A stretch of 64,000 bases of DNA from Candidatus Omnitrophota bacterium (lineage in GTDB: Bacteria; Omnitrophota; Gorgyraeia; JABMRN01; RBG-13-46-9), in contig JAUWBJ010000002.1 in the NCBI GenBank assembly GCA_030605095.1, positions 2,355 through 66,354 on the forward strand. Direction: 5' to 3'. Each line of letters starts with the position of its first letter. The stretch's first letter is position 1. Of this stretch, positions 53,876 to 63,443 are shown one piece after another. The notes under the pieces are model-generated. The model saw only the letters and a list, made by a program, of their open reading frames with translations, had not been told where the DNA came from and did not search any database. Made by a program: the position numbers and the translations under genes.

Positions 53876-54235
53876 TACCCCGCAGAGGACTCGAACCTCT
53901 CACAATCGCCTTAAACACTATTGTTACCCTACCATAAGATAGAGGGCCAATTCGGTTATATTGGCCTCTGCATATCGCTATGCAGGTCAGACTATACAAT
54001 CTTCGCGAAATATAAAATTTCACGAAGTCCTGATTATAGTCGTTGAACCTCCCCCGTTCTTGCACGCAAGGGCGGGGTTTGGCTGCGGATTGTCTGCATC
54101 GCTGTATTTTTACCTGATACGGTAACAGCGAATACGCCAGAGTTTCCCGCAATTTACAGGATTTTCATCTATTAGTTACCTAATAGCGCCCCTTATTAAA
54201 AAAGGGCGGTGCTCTACCAGATGAGCTAGCGGGGC
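53876..54235 (-). tRNA. tRNA-Lys(UUU) interrupted by a group I intron (exon 1 54235-54203, intron 54202-53916, exon 2 53915-53876)
   Basis: Exon 1 GCCCCGCUAGCUCAUCUGGUAGAGCACCGCCCU plus exon 2 UUUAAGGCGAUUGUGAGAGGUUCGAGUCCUCUGCGGGGUA fold into a cloverleaf with loop CUUUUAA. Confidence 0.65.
53916..54202 (-). ncRNA. Group I self-splicing intron (287 nt, no ORF)
   Basis: P-like AAUUGCGGGAAA, Q-like AAUCCGCAGCC, R-like GUUCAACGACUAUAA and S-like GAUUGUAUAGUCUG elements. P1 pairs exon CGCCCU with IGS GGGGCG (U.G at the 5' splice site). Terminal G precedes exon 2. Confidence 0.7.
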
Positions 54236-54264
54236 ACGATTTAACCTTCTTCCAAAGAACAATT

Positions 54265-55125
54265 CTATTTTTTTATAGCGTAAGAAAAAATTGCTGTTCT
54301 TAAAATTTCTCTTTTCTCTATTTCTTCCTGCCATATACTATTTTTACGACAGGGGTTCATGCAAATTAATGGTGAAAAATTTATCTCTCGCATGAAAGCA
54401 ATAAGATTTTTTCTGCCACCGATTTCTATCGCCTTACTATGTATATCTACTCTTGCATTTATGCCAAATTCCTGTAACAGATCTGCTATCTCTCTTAATA
54501 TCTTATCTGACTTCTGATAACCCCTTACTCGTCTTTTATCCTCACATTTGTAATAAACATTGCCCTCGTCATCGAAAAATGCTTTCAAAAATGCTCGCTT
54601 TTCTTCCTTTGTAGCTTTTGTTTTCAAATAAGCTGATATTTCGTTTATTCTTTCTTTTATATATGCTGCAAACTCCACATTGTGAAAAGCCACGACAGTA
54701 ACTCCATTTTTCCGAACATGTATCTTTGGCTCAATTCCAAAAACTCGTTTAACCAACACTTTGAGATGCTCAATCTGATATTTTGAGCGGTTATAATATG
54801 TGCATCCGCCTTGGCGTACATGGCCATCAAACATAAAATGAGCTACTACATGGATAATTTCAGGATTCCAGCCCAATGGTTTATTTATGTTTCTACCTGG
54901 TAAACAAATACCCTTTCGGGGATTTGTTCTGTTTCTGAGTAGTAATTCAATTTTTCTCTTCAGAATCTCGTTTTTCTGATCTTGCGTTAATTCGACTCCC
55001 TCTATATAGCCGTATACCGTACTTTTAGGCAGTCTTGTCTTGGCCATTATAGAGTTCAAAGAAAAACCTTGTTCCCTAAGATTCCTACATAGTTTTTTAA
55101 TATATTTTCTACTCTTATACTTCAT
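54265..55125 (-). CDS. HTH-LAGLIDADG homing-endonuclease-like protein (free-standing, directly upstream of tRNA-Lys)
   Basis: Two LAGLIDADG-like motifs (HFMFDGHV and LKAFFDDEGNV) after an N-terminal HTH. Confidence 0.65.
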   Translation of the reverse strand: MKYKSRKYIKKLCRNLREQGFSLNSIMAKTRLPKSTVYGYIEGVELTQDQKNEILKRKIELLLRNRTNPRKGICLPGRNINKPLGWNPEIIHVVAHFMFDGHVRQGGCTYYNRSKYQIEHLKVLVKRVFGIEPKIHVRKNGVTVVAFHNVEFAAYIKERINEISAYLKTKATKEEKRAFLKAFFDDEGNVYYKCEDKRRVRGYQKSDKILREIADLLQEFGINARVDIHSKAIEIGGRKNLIAFMREINFSPLICMNPCRKNSIWQEEIEKREILRTAIFSYAIKK

Positions 55126-55135
55126 AACAACAAAA

Positions 55136-55167
55136 AAAGCGGTGCTCTACCAGATGAGCTAGCGGGG
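55136..55167 (-). repeat. 32-nt duplicate of the tRNA-Lys 5' exon (positions -2 to +30) followed by a T-run, placed just before the LAGLIDADG ATG
   Basis: ggtgctctaccagatgagctagcggggca is identical at 54208-54236 and 55138-55166. Confidence 0.5.
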
Positions 55168-55169
55168 CA

Positions 55170-55754
55170 TTAAACTTCTTGAATCTCTTTCTCTTTATTA
55201 GCTAAATGGTTATCAATCTCTTTTGAGTATTTGTCAATGAGCTTCTGAGTTTGGTCTTTATATTTAAATTTTTCGTCTTCCGTAATTACTTTATCTTTTT
55301 GTAGCTTATCGATATCTTCATTGGCAACGCGCCTTGCCGTGCGCAAGGAAATTTTTCCTTCCTCCGATATTTTTTTCAAAACCTTGGCCAGTTCATCCCT
55401 TCGTTCTTTCGTGAGGGAAGGAATGGAAATTCGAATGACCTTTCCGTCGTTATTCGGAGTAATTCCGAGCCCTGAGGCAAGAATGGCTTTCTCAACGTCT
55501 CCGAGTATGGAACGATCCCAGGGCTGGATAACAATAAGACGCGGTTCCGGAGTCGAAATGCCGGCTAATTGTTTAAGAGACATTGAGGTATCATAACAAT
55601 CGACTTTTACCCCCTCTACAAGGGCTGAATGCGCCCTACCTGTCCGTATGGTAGAAAATTCTCTTTCGGTAGCTTCAACCGTTTTTTTCATTTTATGTTC
55701 TACGTCTCCCAATACCTCTTTTGCCGTCGCAGCCAAGAAATCACCCCCTATCAA
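55170..55754 (-). CDS. frr: Ribosome recycling factor
   Basis: ...[12 protein letters not shown]...[16 protein letters not shown]... The real start may be internal. Confidence 0.9.
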   Translation of the reverse strand: MIGGDFLAATAKEVLGDVEHKMKKTVEATEREFSTIRTGRAHSALVEGVKVDCYDTSMSLKQLAGISTPEPRLIVIQPWDRSILGDVEKAILASGLGITPNNDGKVIRISIPSLTKERRDELAKVLKKISEEGKISLRTARRVANEDIDKLQKDKVITEDEKFKYKDQTQKLIDKYSKEIDNHLANKEKEIQEV

Positions 55755-56488
55755 TAAACAAGCGTTCCTATCTTCTTCCCCATAACAACTTTTTTTATAT
55801 TCCCTTTTTTATTGATATTAAATACTATGATGGGCAGGTTATTGTCCATACATAAACTTATAGCCGTTGCGTCCATAATCTTTAAACCTTTTTTCAAAAC
55901 GTCTATATATCGCACTTTTTTGTATTTTCTCGCGTCCCTGGATTTCATCGGGTCTTTTGTATAAATACCGTCGACCTTTGTGGCTTTCAGGATAATATCC
56001 GCCCCGATCTCCGTCGCCCTTAAGGCAGCTGTTGTATCGGTCGTAAAATACGGATTACCCGTCCCGCAGACAAATATAACAACTCTTTTCTTCTCCAGGT
56101 GCCTGATAGCCCTTCTTCTTATGTAAGGCTCTGCCAGGGCCTCCATCTGTATAGCTGTCTGGACACGCGTAAAAACGCCTATTCTTTCTAAAGCGTCCTG
56201 AAGAGCCAAACCGTTGAGAACCGTGGCAAGCATTCCCATATAATCTGCGATAGCGCGGTCCATTCCCTTTTGCGTTGCCGCTTCCAGCCCCCGGAAAATA
56301 TTACCTCCGCCGATGACAACGGCAACTTCACAGCCGAGGTCCTTTACCTCTTTAATCTGCCCGGCAATCGAGAGCATCACGCGAGGGTCAACGCCGTATT
56401 CCGACTTACCCTGAAGCGCTTCGCCGCTTATTTTAAGAACTATGCGTTTATACTTTGCTTTCATCTTCGCCCAATTGATAGCGGACAA
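55751..56488 (-). CDS. pyrH: UMP kinase
   Basis: [14 protein letters not shown]...[11 protein letters not shown]. The start is probably the internal Met at 56464, which removes the overlap with tsf. Confidence 0.9.
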   Translation of the reverse strand: MSAINWAKMKAKYKRIVLKISGEALQGKSEYGVDPRVMLSIAGQIKEVKDLGCEVAVVIGGGNIFRGLEAATQKGMDRAIADYMGMLATVLNGLALQDALERIGVFTRVQTAIQMEALAEPYIRRRAIRHLEKKRVVIFVCGTGNPYFTTDTTAALRATEIGADIILKATKVDGIYTKDPMKSRDARKYKKVRYIDVLKKGLKIMDATAISLCMDNNLPIIVFNINKKGNIKKVVMGKKIGTLVY

Positions 56489-57041
56489 ATCTTCTTATAA
56501 CGATATTTTCGCCTATCTTTGCAATTAGCGCGTGAAGTAGTTCCTTAATTTTTATTTTTGGGTCCTTAACAAAGGGCTGGTCTAAAAGACAGGTTTCTTC
56601 GTAAAATTTCTCCAGCTTACCCGCAAGAATCTTATCAAGTGCCTTTTTCGGTTTATTTTTTATAGTGGCCATGAGTATTTCTTTCTCTTTCTCCAGCGTA
56701 CTTTCGAGGACCTCTTCTCTTTTTACATATTCCGGCTTTGTGGCGGCAATTTGCATGGATATATCTTTTACAAATCTTTTAAATTCTTCATTTCGCGCCA
56801 CAAAATCTGTTTCGCAATTAACCTCAACCAAAACGCCGATTTTGCCGTTCATATGAATGTAGCTTTCTACGCGCCCGTCTTTGGCAGCGCGACCCGATTT
56901 AAGGGATGCGAGCTTTATTCCTTTTTTTCTCAATATTTCAATCGCTTTTTCTATGTTCCCGGCTGCTTCCTTAAGGGCTTTTTTACAATCCATAATGCCG
57001 GCCTGAGTCTTCTCTCTGAGCTTCTTAATAGCATCTAACAT
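56448..57041 (-). CDS. tsf: Elongation factor Ts (short form)
   Basis: N-terminal UBA-like [10 protein letters not shown] and [12 protein letters not shown] motifs. Confidence 0.85.
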   Translation of the reverse strand: MLDAIKKLREKTQAGIMDCKKALKEAAGNIEKAIEILRKKGIKLASLKSGRAAKDGRVESYIHMNGKIGVLVEVNCETDFVARNEEFKRFVKDISMQIAATKPEYVKREEVLESTLEKEKEILMATIKNKPKKALDKILAGKLEKFYEETCLLDQPFVKDPKIKIKELLHALIAKIGENIVIRRFVRYQLGEDESKV

Positions 57042-57091
57042 AACAATACCCTTCCCTTACCCTTACCTATTAGGGGAGGTTTAAACCTCCC

Positions 57092-57964
57092 CTACTTACT
57101 GGTAGGCCTTTTTCGCCTTACAGGCTCATCGCCTTTTTCTTTTTCCGAGGCTTTCTCCAGGCGTATATCCCCCTCTATTAACTCTTCAGCTTCTTTTTCA
57201 TTTACCTTCTTCTCTGTCTCCTCAAAGGGTGCTTTTTTAGCTTTTTCCATATCTTTTTTACCCGCTAAAAACTGGTTTCTTCCTTCGAGCACGCTTCTGG
57301 AAACAAGCGACGCTATAAAACTTATGGATTTCATCGCATCGTCATTGCCGGGAATAACGTAATTTATTTTATCGGGATCGCAATCCGTATCCACTAACGC
57401 CACAACGGGGATGGAGAGCTTATTGGCTTCGTGTACGGCGATTTCTTCTCTTTTAGAATCAACGACAAATAATGCCCCCGGCAGCCGGTCCATCGATCTT
57501 ATACCTTGCAGGTTCTTCAGGAGATTTGTGATTTTTTTATCAATCGTGGCTCTTTCTTTTTTAGAGAGGCTTTCATAGGTGCCGTCTTCTTTCATTTTTT
57601 CGAAAGATTCCAGTTTATTCACGCTCTTTCTTATGGTAAGAAAATTCGTAAGGGTGCCGCCGAGCCATCTATGGTTTACATAAAACATATTGCATTTTTC
57701 TGCTTCTCCCTTAATAATAGACTGGCTTTGCTTTTTGGTCCCCACAAATAGAATATAACTGCCTGCCGTTGCCGCCTCATTCAAGAATCTACAGGCTTCC
57801 AGGAGAAATTTCGCGGTCTTTTCAAGGTCTATGATATATATACCTTCCTTCTCGCCAAATATAAATTTCTCCATCTTCGGATTCCACTTTTTCGTCTGAT
57901 GCCCGAAATGTACCCCTGCTTCCAACAATTGTTTGACTAAAGCCTGTTCCTTTTTTGTCGCCAT
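57092..57964 (-). CDS. rpsB: 30S ribosomal protein S2
   Basis: AGVHFGHQTKKWNPKM N-terminus with an acidic/basic C-terminal extension. Confidence 0.9.
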   Translation of the reverse strand: MATKKEQALVKQLLEAGVHFGHQTKKWNPKMEKFIFGEKEGIYIIDLEKTAKFLLEACRFLNEAATAGSYILFVGTKKQSQSIIKGEAEKCNMFYVNHRWLGGTLTNFLTIRKSVNKLESFEKMKEDGTYESLSKKERATIDKKITNLLKNLQGIRSMDRLPGALFVVDSKREEIAVHEANKLSIPVVALVDTDCDPDKINYVIPGNDDAMKSISFIASLVSRSVLEGRNQFLAGKKDMEKAKKAPFEETEKKVNEKEAEELIEGDIRLEKASEKEKGDEPVRRKRPTSK

Positions 57965-58031
57965 ATAAGTTTATCCTCCGTTTCTTAAGTTAATATTATA
58001 GTTATAAGACATATAATGTCAATATAGTATT

Positions 58032-59861
58032 CTAGTATTCATCCCTGAATTGCATATCGTATAGCCTCCTATATAATCCTCCTCTTTCCATAAGTTCCCT
58101 ATGCGTACCCGTATCGATAATTTTACCTTTGTCCAATACAACTATCCTGGTAGTGTGTTTTATAGTGCTTAATCTGTGAGCTATAACAAATACTGTCCTT
58201 CCTTTCATCAGGCGGTCTATGGCCTCTTGCACATATCGTTCGGACTCGGTGTCCAGCTGAGAGGTCGCTTCGTCAAGAATGAGGATGGGCGGGTTTTTAA
58301 ATATAGCCCTTGCGATAGCAAGCCTTTGCCTCTCGCCGCCCGATATCTTAAATCCCCTTTCCCCGACAACAGTATCATATTGCAGGGGCAAACCCATAAT
58401 AAAGTCATGGGCATTGGCGACCTTTGCGGCTTTAATAATGTTTTCCCTGGAATAATTTTTGTCGCCATAGGCAATATTGACTGTAACCGTATCGTTAAAA
58501 AGCAGCATCTCCTGGGTTACAATGCCTATCTGGTTTCTCAAGGATTCAAGTGTTACGTCTCTTAAATCTATATCGTCTATCCTGATACTCCCCTTTGACG
58601 GGTCGTAAAAACGCGGTATCAGGTTGATGAGGGTAGTTTTGCCCGTGCCGCTTAGCCCCACGATGGCTACAATCTCGCCTTTTTTTATATCTAAATTCAC
58701 GTCTTTAAGGACGTAATCTTTATCGTATTTAAACCAGATACCCTCCAATGATACATGCCGTGATAGTATGGCGAGTTCCCTTGCTCCTTCTTTCTCACTT
58801 ATGCTTTCTTCGGTATCCAGAATTTCGAAAATCCTTGTTGCCGCCGCAAGAGACTGTTGCAAGACCGCATACACCTTGCCCAATCGCTTAACAGGTTTCA
58901 GCATCAATAGAATAGAACTCAAAAATACTACAAAAGAACCCCATGAAAGGGTGCCGGCTATGATTTGCCTGTAAGCCAGGTACATAACTATCACGAAATA
59001 TATCGCGCTTGTAAATTCGTTTATCGGGCCTATGGCATTAATCCTTTTTACGGCCTTCATTGCCAGTTTATAAAAACCTATGTTTTGATTTTTAAATTTA
59101 TTGTATTCGTATTTCTGCATAGAAAAGGCTTTTACTATGCGCATTCCGGTTATTATTTCAAAAAGTGTCATGTTTATATCGCCCATTTTTTCTTGAGTCT
59201 CTGTCGTTATTTTACGGAGTCTCCTGGATATTATAACAGCCGGCAAAAGTATACATGGAAATAAAATTATACTGGTAAATATGAATCTAAGTGGTATACC
59301 AAAAAATATAACAACGCATACTACAACCGTAAAGTGACTTATAATCTCCAGCGGCCTTAAGATAAGGTCGAGTAGCCCCGTGCTTATCGAATCTCTTACA
59401 ATGCTGGCATCGTAGGTTATGCGGGACATGAGTTTTGCGGTCGGGTTCTTGCTATAGAAGTACATGGATAATCTCAGTAATTTCTCATATATAGCGTCTT
59501 TTATATCTTTTACAACTCTCTGACTGACATCGTTCATAAGATAAACGTGAAAGAAATCGAAGAGGTTGCGTAGTAAAAAGTATATCAGCGCCCCTACAAG
59601 CAGTATTGTCACCAGTCTCATCGTCGGCAAAGCATTTATTTTGTCAATGAGAAGCGTTATAAAGAGCGGCGCTTTAACGTGCGAAGGAATAGTTATTTCC
59701 GAGCCCCGCATAATGTTGTCAACTACAGGTATGAGCGCGGTCGGCGAAAGGCCGTTCAAAACGCTATATATAAGCATGAAGATAAAAGCCAACGCCAAAA
59801 CCCACAGGTGCGGCTTCACAAACCCTATCAATCTCTTATAATCTCTTATATCTTGCTTCAT
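58032..59861 (-). CDS. ABC transporter permease/ATP-binding protein, MsbA-like exporter
   Basis: 6-TM domain plus NBD with Walker A GLSGTGKTT, signature ISGGERQRLAIA, Walker B ILILDEATS. Confidence 0.8.
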   Translation of the reverse strand: MKQDIRDYKRLIGFVKPHLWVLALAFIFMLIYSVLNGLSPTALIPVVDNIMRGSEITIPSHVKAPLFITLLIDKINALPTMRLVTILLVGALIYFLLRNLFDFFHVYLMNDVSQRVVKDIKDAIYEKLLRLSMYFYSKNPTAKLMSRITYDASIVRDSISTGLLDLILRPLEIISHFTVVVCVVIFFGIPLRFIFTSIILFPCILLPAVIISRRLRKITTETQEKMGDINMTLFEIITGMRIVKAFSMQKYEYNKFKNQNIGFYKLAMKAVKRINAIGPINEFTSAIYFVIVMYLAYRQIIAGTLSWGSFVVFLSSILLMLKPVKRLGKVYAVLQQSLAAATRIFEILDTEESISEKEGARELAILSRHVSLEGIWFKYDKDYVLKDVNLDIKKGEIVAIVGLSGTGKTTLINLIPRFYDPSKGSIRIDDIDLRDVTLESLRNQIGIVTQEMLLFNDTVTVNIAYGDKNYSRENIIKAAKVANAHDFIMGLPLQYDTVVGERGFKISGGERQRLAIARAIFKNPPILILDEATSQLDTESERYVQEAIDRLMKGRTVFVIAHRLSTIKHTTRIVVLDKGKIIDTGTHRELMERGGLYRRLYDMQFRDEY

Positions 59862-59989
59862 AAATGTAATTTCACTCAGTTATTAGCATAAAATATTATC
59901 ATATATAGCGCTTTTTGTCGAGGGAAAAAACGCTTGATATAGAAAGGTGGGTGTGGTAGAATTGGGATTTACAAATTAAGGGATATAAG

Positions 59990-60919
59990 ATGGTTAAAAT
60001 TAATGTTGGCGTTGTCGGGGTAGGGTATCTCGGTTCCCGGCATGCCCGCGTGTATTCCCAGTTAAAGAGCGCTAACCTTGTCTGCGTCTGCGACATTGAT
60101 AAAAAGCGGGCTAAAAAGGTGGCTAAAAAACACAGGGTCTGGTATCTTCCGGATTACCGGACTCTCTTCGATAAGGTAGATGCCGTCAGCATTGCCGTTC
60201 CGACAAACCTTCATTATCGAATAGCAAAAGACTTCCTGAATAACGGCATCCATGTCCTAATAGAAAAACCTATCACAAATACCGTCGATGAGGCGCAAGA
60301 GCTCATTGATATCGCGGATTCTAAAAACCTCACCCTGCAGGTGGGGCACATCGAAAGATTCAATCCTGTAGTAAGAGCGGTAGAACCGCTTATTAAAAAC
60401 GCGCGTTTCATCGAGTGCCATAGGTCTGGTCCCTACAGAAAAAAGAAACGCGTCAAGGACGTGGGTGTTGTATTAGACCTTATGATACACGATATAGATA
60501 TTATCCTGTCTCTTGTAAAATCCGAGGTGGAAAGTATCGAAGCGGTCGGGATAAGCACAATATCGCCTTACGAAGATATAGCTAACGTCCGCCTTAATTT
60601 TAAGAATGGCACGATTGCCGATATCACCGCCAGCCGTGTTACAAAAGAGGAAGTACGGCAGATAAAGATATCTCAGGAAGATATATATATAACATTGAAC
60701 TACCTTCACCAGGACGCATTTATAGTCAGAAAGGCAGATAATAAAGTATTAAAGAAAAAATTAAAAATAGAGAAAAAGGAACCTCTTAAACAAGAGCTTA
60801 AATCTTTTATAGCGTCTATCCAAAACAATACAAGGCCTATTGTTTCCGGAAGGGAAGGGAAGATGGCTCTTGGCGTGGCCATGGACATCCTGGAAAAGAT
60901 TAAATCCTCTAAAAAATAA
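59990..60919 (+). CDS. Gfo/Idh/MocA-family NAD(P)-dependent oxidoreductase
   Basis: N-terminal Rossmann VGVVGVGYLGSRHA and EKP motif. Adjacent to lipid A genes, so GnnA-like is possible. Confidence 0.7.
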   Translation: MVKINVGVVGVGYLGSRHARVYSQLKSANLVCVCDIDKKRAKKVAKKHRVWYLPDYRTLFDKVDAVSIAVPTNLHYRIAKDFLNNGIHVLIEKPITNTVDEAQELIDIADSKNLTLQVGHIERFNPVVRAVEPLIKNARFIECHRSGPYRKKKRVKDVGVVLDLMIHDIDIILSLVKSEVESIEAVGISTISPYEDIANVRLNFKNGTIADITASRVTKEEVRQIKISQEDIYITLNYLHQDAFIVRKADNKVLKKKLKIEKKEPLKQELKSFIASIQNNTRPIVSGREGKMALGVAMDILEKIKSSKK

Positions 60920-61083
60920 ATGAGGCCACAACTTACGGACCACGAGCGAAGCGAAGTGGGGCATAAGTTGTATGGCCGAATTTATCCCGAGGGCACGAAG
61001 TGCCTGAGGGATCTCAAGATGAATGAGATTGCTTCGCCCTTGACGTTTTCAATGTCAAGGGCTCGCAATGACGGAAAAAAAGA

Positions 61084-62214
61084 ATGACAAAATATATCCT
61101 CGTATCCGCCGGAGAAGTTTCCGGCGACATTCACGCCGCTAACCTCATTAAGAAGCTTAAAGAATTGAATCCAAGCTTGCGCTTTTTCGGAATCGGCGGA
61201 AAAAGAATGGAGCAAGCCGGTGTAGAACTCGTCGAGAGAATGGACAAATTTTCCATCGTGGGTGTGTGGGAAGCATTAATAGAACTTGGGAATATATACA
61301 AAATTTATAAAAAAATTACGGAAAAAATCAGAATAGAGAAACCCGATATCGCGATTCTTATCGATTACCCGGGTTTCAATTTAATCCTTGCCAGAGAATT
61401 GAAAAAAAGAGGCCTTAAAATAGTCTACTATATCACGCCGCAAATCTGGGCCTGGGGCGGTTTCAGGGTACATCTATTCAAGAAATACATCGATAAGGCA
61501 ATAGTAATTTTAAAATTTGAAGAAGAGCTTTTCAAAAAATACGGTATCGACGCGGCCTTTGTGGGGCATCCTCTCCTGGACCGGGAACCGGAAATTCGCC
61601 TCGATAAAAAATCGCTGCATTTAGACGAAGAAAAATTCACTATAGCGCTTTTGCCCGGATCAAGGGAGAGAGAGGTAACAAAAATACTTTCTTTAATGTT
61701 AAAAACGGCTGAATTTATATCGGGAGAGAAACAAGTTCAGTTTGTCCTTTTAAAAAATTCAGCCGTCGATGAGAAAATTTACGATGAGGAGTTGAAAAAA
61801 TCGAATCTTCGCATCACCAAAATTTTGGATGATACCTATGGGTGCCTATCTATTTCTGATTTCGTGTTTGTTTCCTCGGGTACTGCAACGCTGGAAAGCG
61901 CTATAATGGAAAAGCCCATGCTAATTACGTATAAAACATCGCTTTTTACGGGTCTTTTTTTCAAGTTTTTTGCAAAGACACGCTGGGTTGGCCTTGTAAA
62001 TATAATAGCGGAAAGGGAAATTGCCCCTGAAATCTTACAGTATGATGCGAAACCAAAATATCTTGCCTCTCAAATACTTTCCATTATATCGTCAAAGGAA
62101 AAAATGGAAAAGCAGATTCAAGATTTAAGGCAGGTTAAATGTGCCCTCGGCACGGCCGGGGCATCGCTTCGAGCAGCTCGAATAATTAACGATTTTATTA
62201 CACTACAACGATAG
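61084..62214 (+). CDS. lpxB: Lipid-A-disaccharide synthase
   Basis: ILVSAGEVSGDIHAANLIKKLK N-terminus and GT-B length. Confidence 0.85.
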   Translation: MTKYILVSAGEVSGDIHAANLIKKLKELNPSLRFFGIGGKRMEQAGVELVERMDKFSIVGVWEALIELGNIYKIYKKITEKIRIEKPDIAILIDYPGFNLILARELKKRGLKIVYYITPQIWAWGGFRVHLFKKYIDKAIVILKFEEELFKKYGIDAAFVGHPLLDREPEIRLDKKSLHLDEEKFTIALLPGSREREVTKILSLMLKTAEFISGEKQVQFVLLKNSAVDEKIYDEELKKSNLRITKILDDTYGCLSISDFVFVSSGTATLESAIMEKPMLITYKTSLFTGLFFKFFAKTRWVGLVNIIAEREIAPEILQYDAKPKYLASQILSIISSKEKMEKQIQDLRQVKCALGTAGASLRAARIINDFITLQR

Positions 62215-62995
62215 AAATATCGTTTTTATCGGCGAGTTCTATAGAGGCCTCTTTTTCTACGAGAAACATCCTCTTCTCTTCTATGGCCAGGACCCTGCCT
62301 TTATTCTCGGCAATCAACTTAATTGTTTCCGGCCCGACTACGGGAACATCCCATCTCATATCCTGCTGAGGGCGGGAGACCTTGACGACGACAAATTCTC
62401 CGCAAAGCCTTGCGGCCCTTTCTATAGTACGGTTCGTGCCTTCCATAGCTTCAATGCTTACAACGGATTTATCTTTAACTACAATAGTCTGGCCTATGTC
62501 TCTCTGGGCAATCTCTTTGGCAATCTTAAATCCAAATGATATATCATCGTACTCTTTTTGGGTAGGCGTTCTTTTTGTTAAAATGCCTTTTGACGGAAGA
62601 AGATCCGAAAGATATTCGATACCGTTTATTACTTTTATCCCTCTTTTCTCAAATTCAGACGTAATTTTCTTTAAGACGGCATAGTCGCTTTTATTTTCTG
62701 AATTTTTTAAAGAATTCAAAACTTTATCACCTTTATTTATCTTGCCGTAAATAATCGATTTATCGACTTTACCCAGCATCACAACTTTTTTAATTCGTTC
62801 GACGACAAGTAAAAGAAAAAATTTCTTAACTTGTCTGGGGTCAAGTTGATGTATCCTGTTACAGGAATCTCCGAGATCCGACGAAGCCATTCCTTTAATG
62901 GCAAACCCTATAACTTTTACACCTTGACTTCGGGCTTTTTTCGCAAAAATAATAGGGAGTCTACCACCACCTGCTATCAGGCCGATTTTTTCCAT
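62198..62995 (-). CDS. lpxI: UDP-2,3-diacylglucosamine pyrophosphatase LpxI (DUF1009)
   Basis: KIGLIAGGGRLP N-terminus and the right length. Sits in the lpx cluster. Confidence 0.7.
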   Translation of the reverse strand: MEKIGLIAGGGRLPIIFAKKARSQGVKVIGFAIKGMASSDLGDSCNRIHQLDPRQVKKFFLLLVVERIKKVVMLGKVDKSIIYGKINKGDKVLNSLKNSENKSDYAVLKKITSEFEKRGIKVINGIEYLSDLLPSKGILTKRTPTQKEYDDISFGFKIAKEIAQRDIGQTIVVKDKSVVSIEAMEGTNRTIERAARLCGEFVVVKVSRPQQDMRWDVPVVGPETIKLIAENKGRVLAIEEKRMFLVEKEASIELADKNDISIVVV

Positions 62996-63002
62996 TTGAG
63001 GT

Positions 63003-63443
63003 TTATCTTTTCCTGTCTAATATACTAAACAAAAGGTCTGCCTCACAAACGACACTCTCGCCAACCTTAGCGACACCGTGGGCCTGGACTAATTTGGGTT
63101 TATGCCTAGTTACGGCAATCTCAAGCGTAAGGGTGTCCCCCGGAAAAACAGGTTTTCTAAATTTTGCGTTGTTTATGGAAATAAAGTAAGCAAGTTTCCC
63201 GCGGTTTTCCTCTCTCTTCAGCGCCAGCACGCCGCAGGTTTGTGCGAGCGCTTCGATGATTAATACGCCCGGCATTACGGGATGTTCGGGGAAATGCCCC
63301 TCGAAAAATGGCTCGTTTACCGTGACATTCTTAATGCCTGTTATTTTCAACTCTTCGATATCGACAATTTTATCCACCAGCAAAAATGGATACCTGTGGG
63401 GCAGATATGTCTTGATTTCGTTTATGTCCATATTTGTTTTCAT
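63003..63443 (-). CDS. fabZ: 3-hydroxyacyl-ACP dehydratase
   Basis: HFPEHPVMPGVLIIEALAQ hot-dog motif. Confidence 0.85.
   Translation of the reverse strand: MKTNMDINEIKTYLPHRYPFLLVDKIVDIEELKITGIKNVTVNEPFFEGHFPEHPVMPGVLIIEALAQTCGVLALKREENRGKLAYFISINNAKFRKPVFPGDTLTLEIAVTRHKPKLVQAHGVAKVGESVVCEADLLFSILDRKR

Noticed and set aside
55136-55167. Alternative model in which copy 2 of the tRNA 5' half is the true exon 1 and the endonuclease lies inside a 1.2-kb intron.
   Set aside because: Copy 2 diverges after tRNA position 30 (CACCGC|TTTTTTTG). It cannot form P1 with the GGGGCG guide sequence, and it lacks the U33 splice-site context. Copy 1 has all of these.
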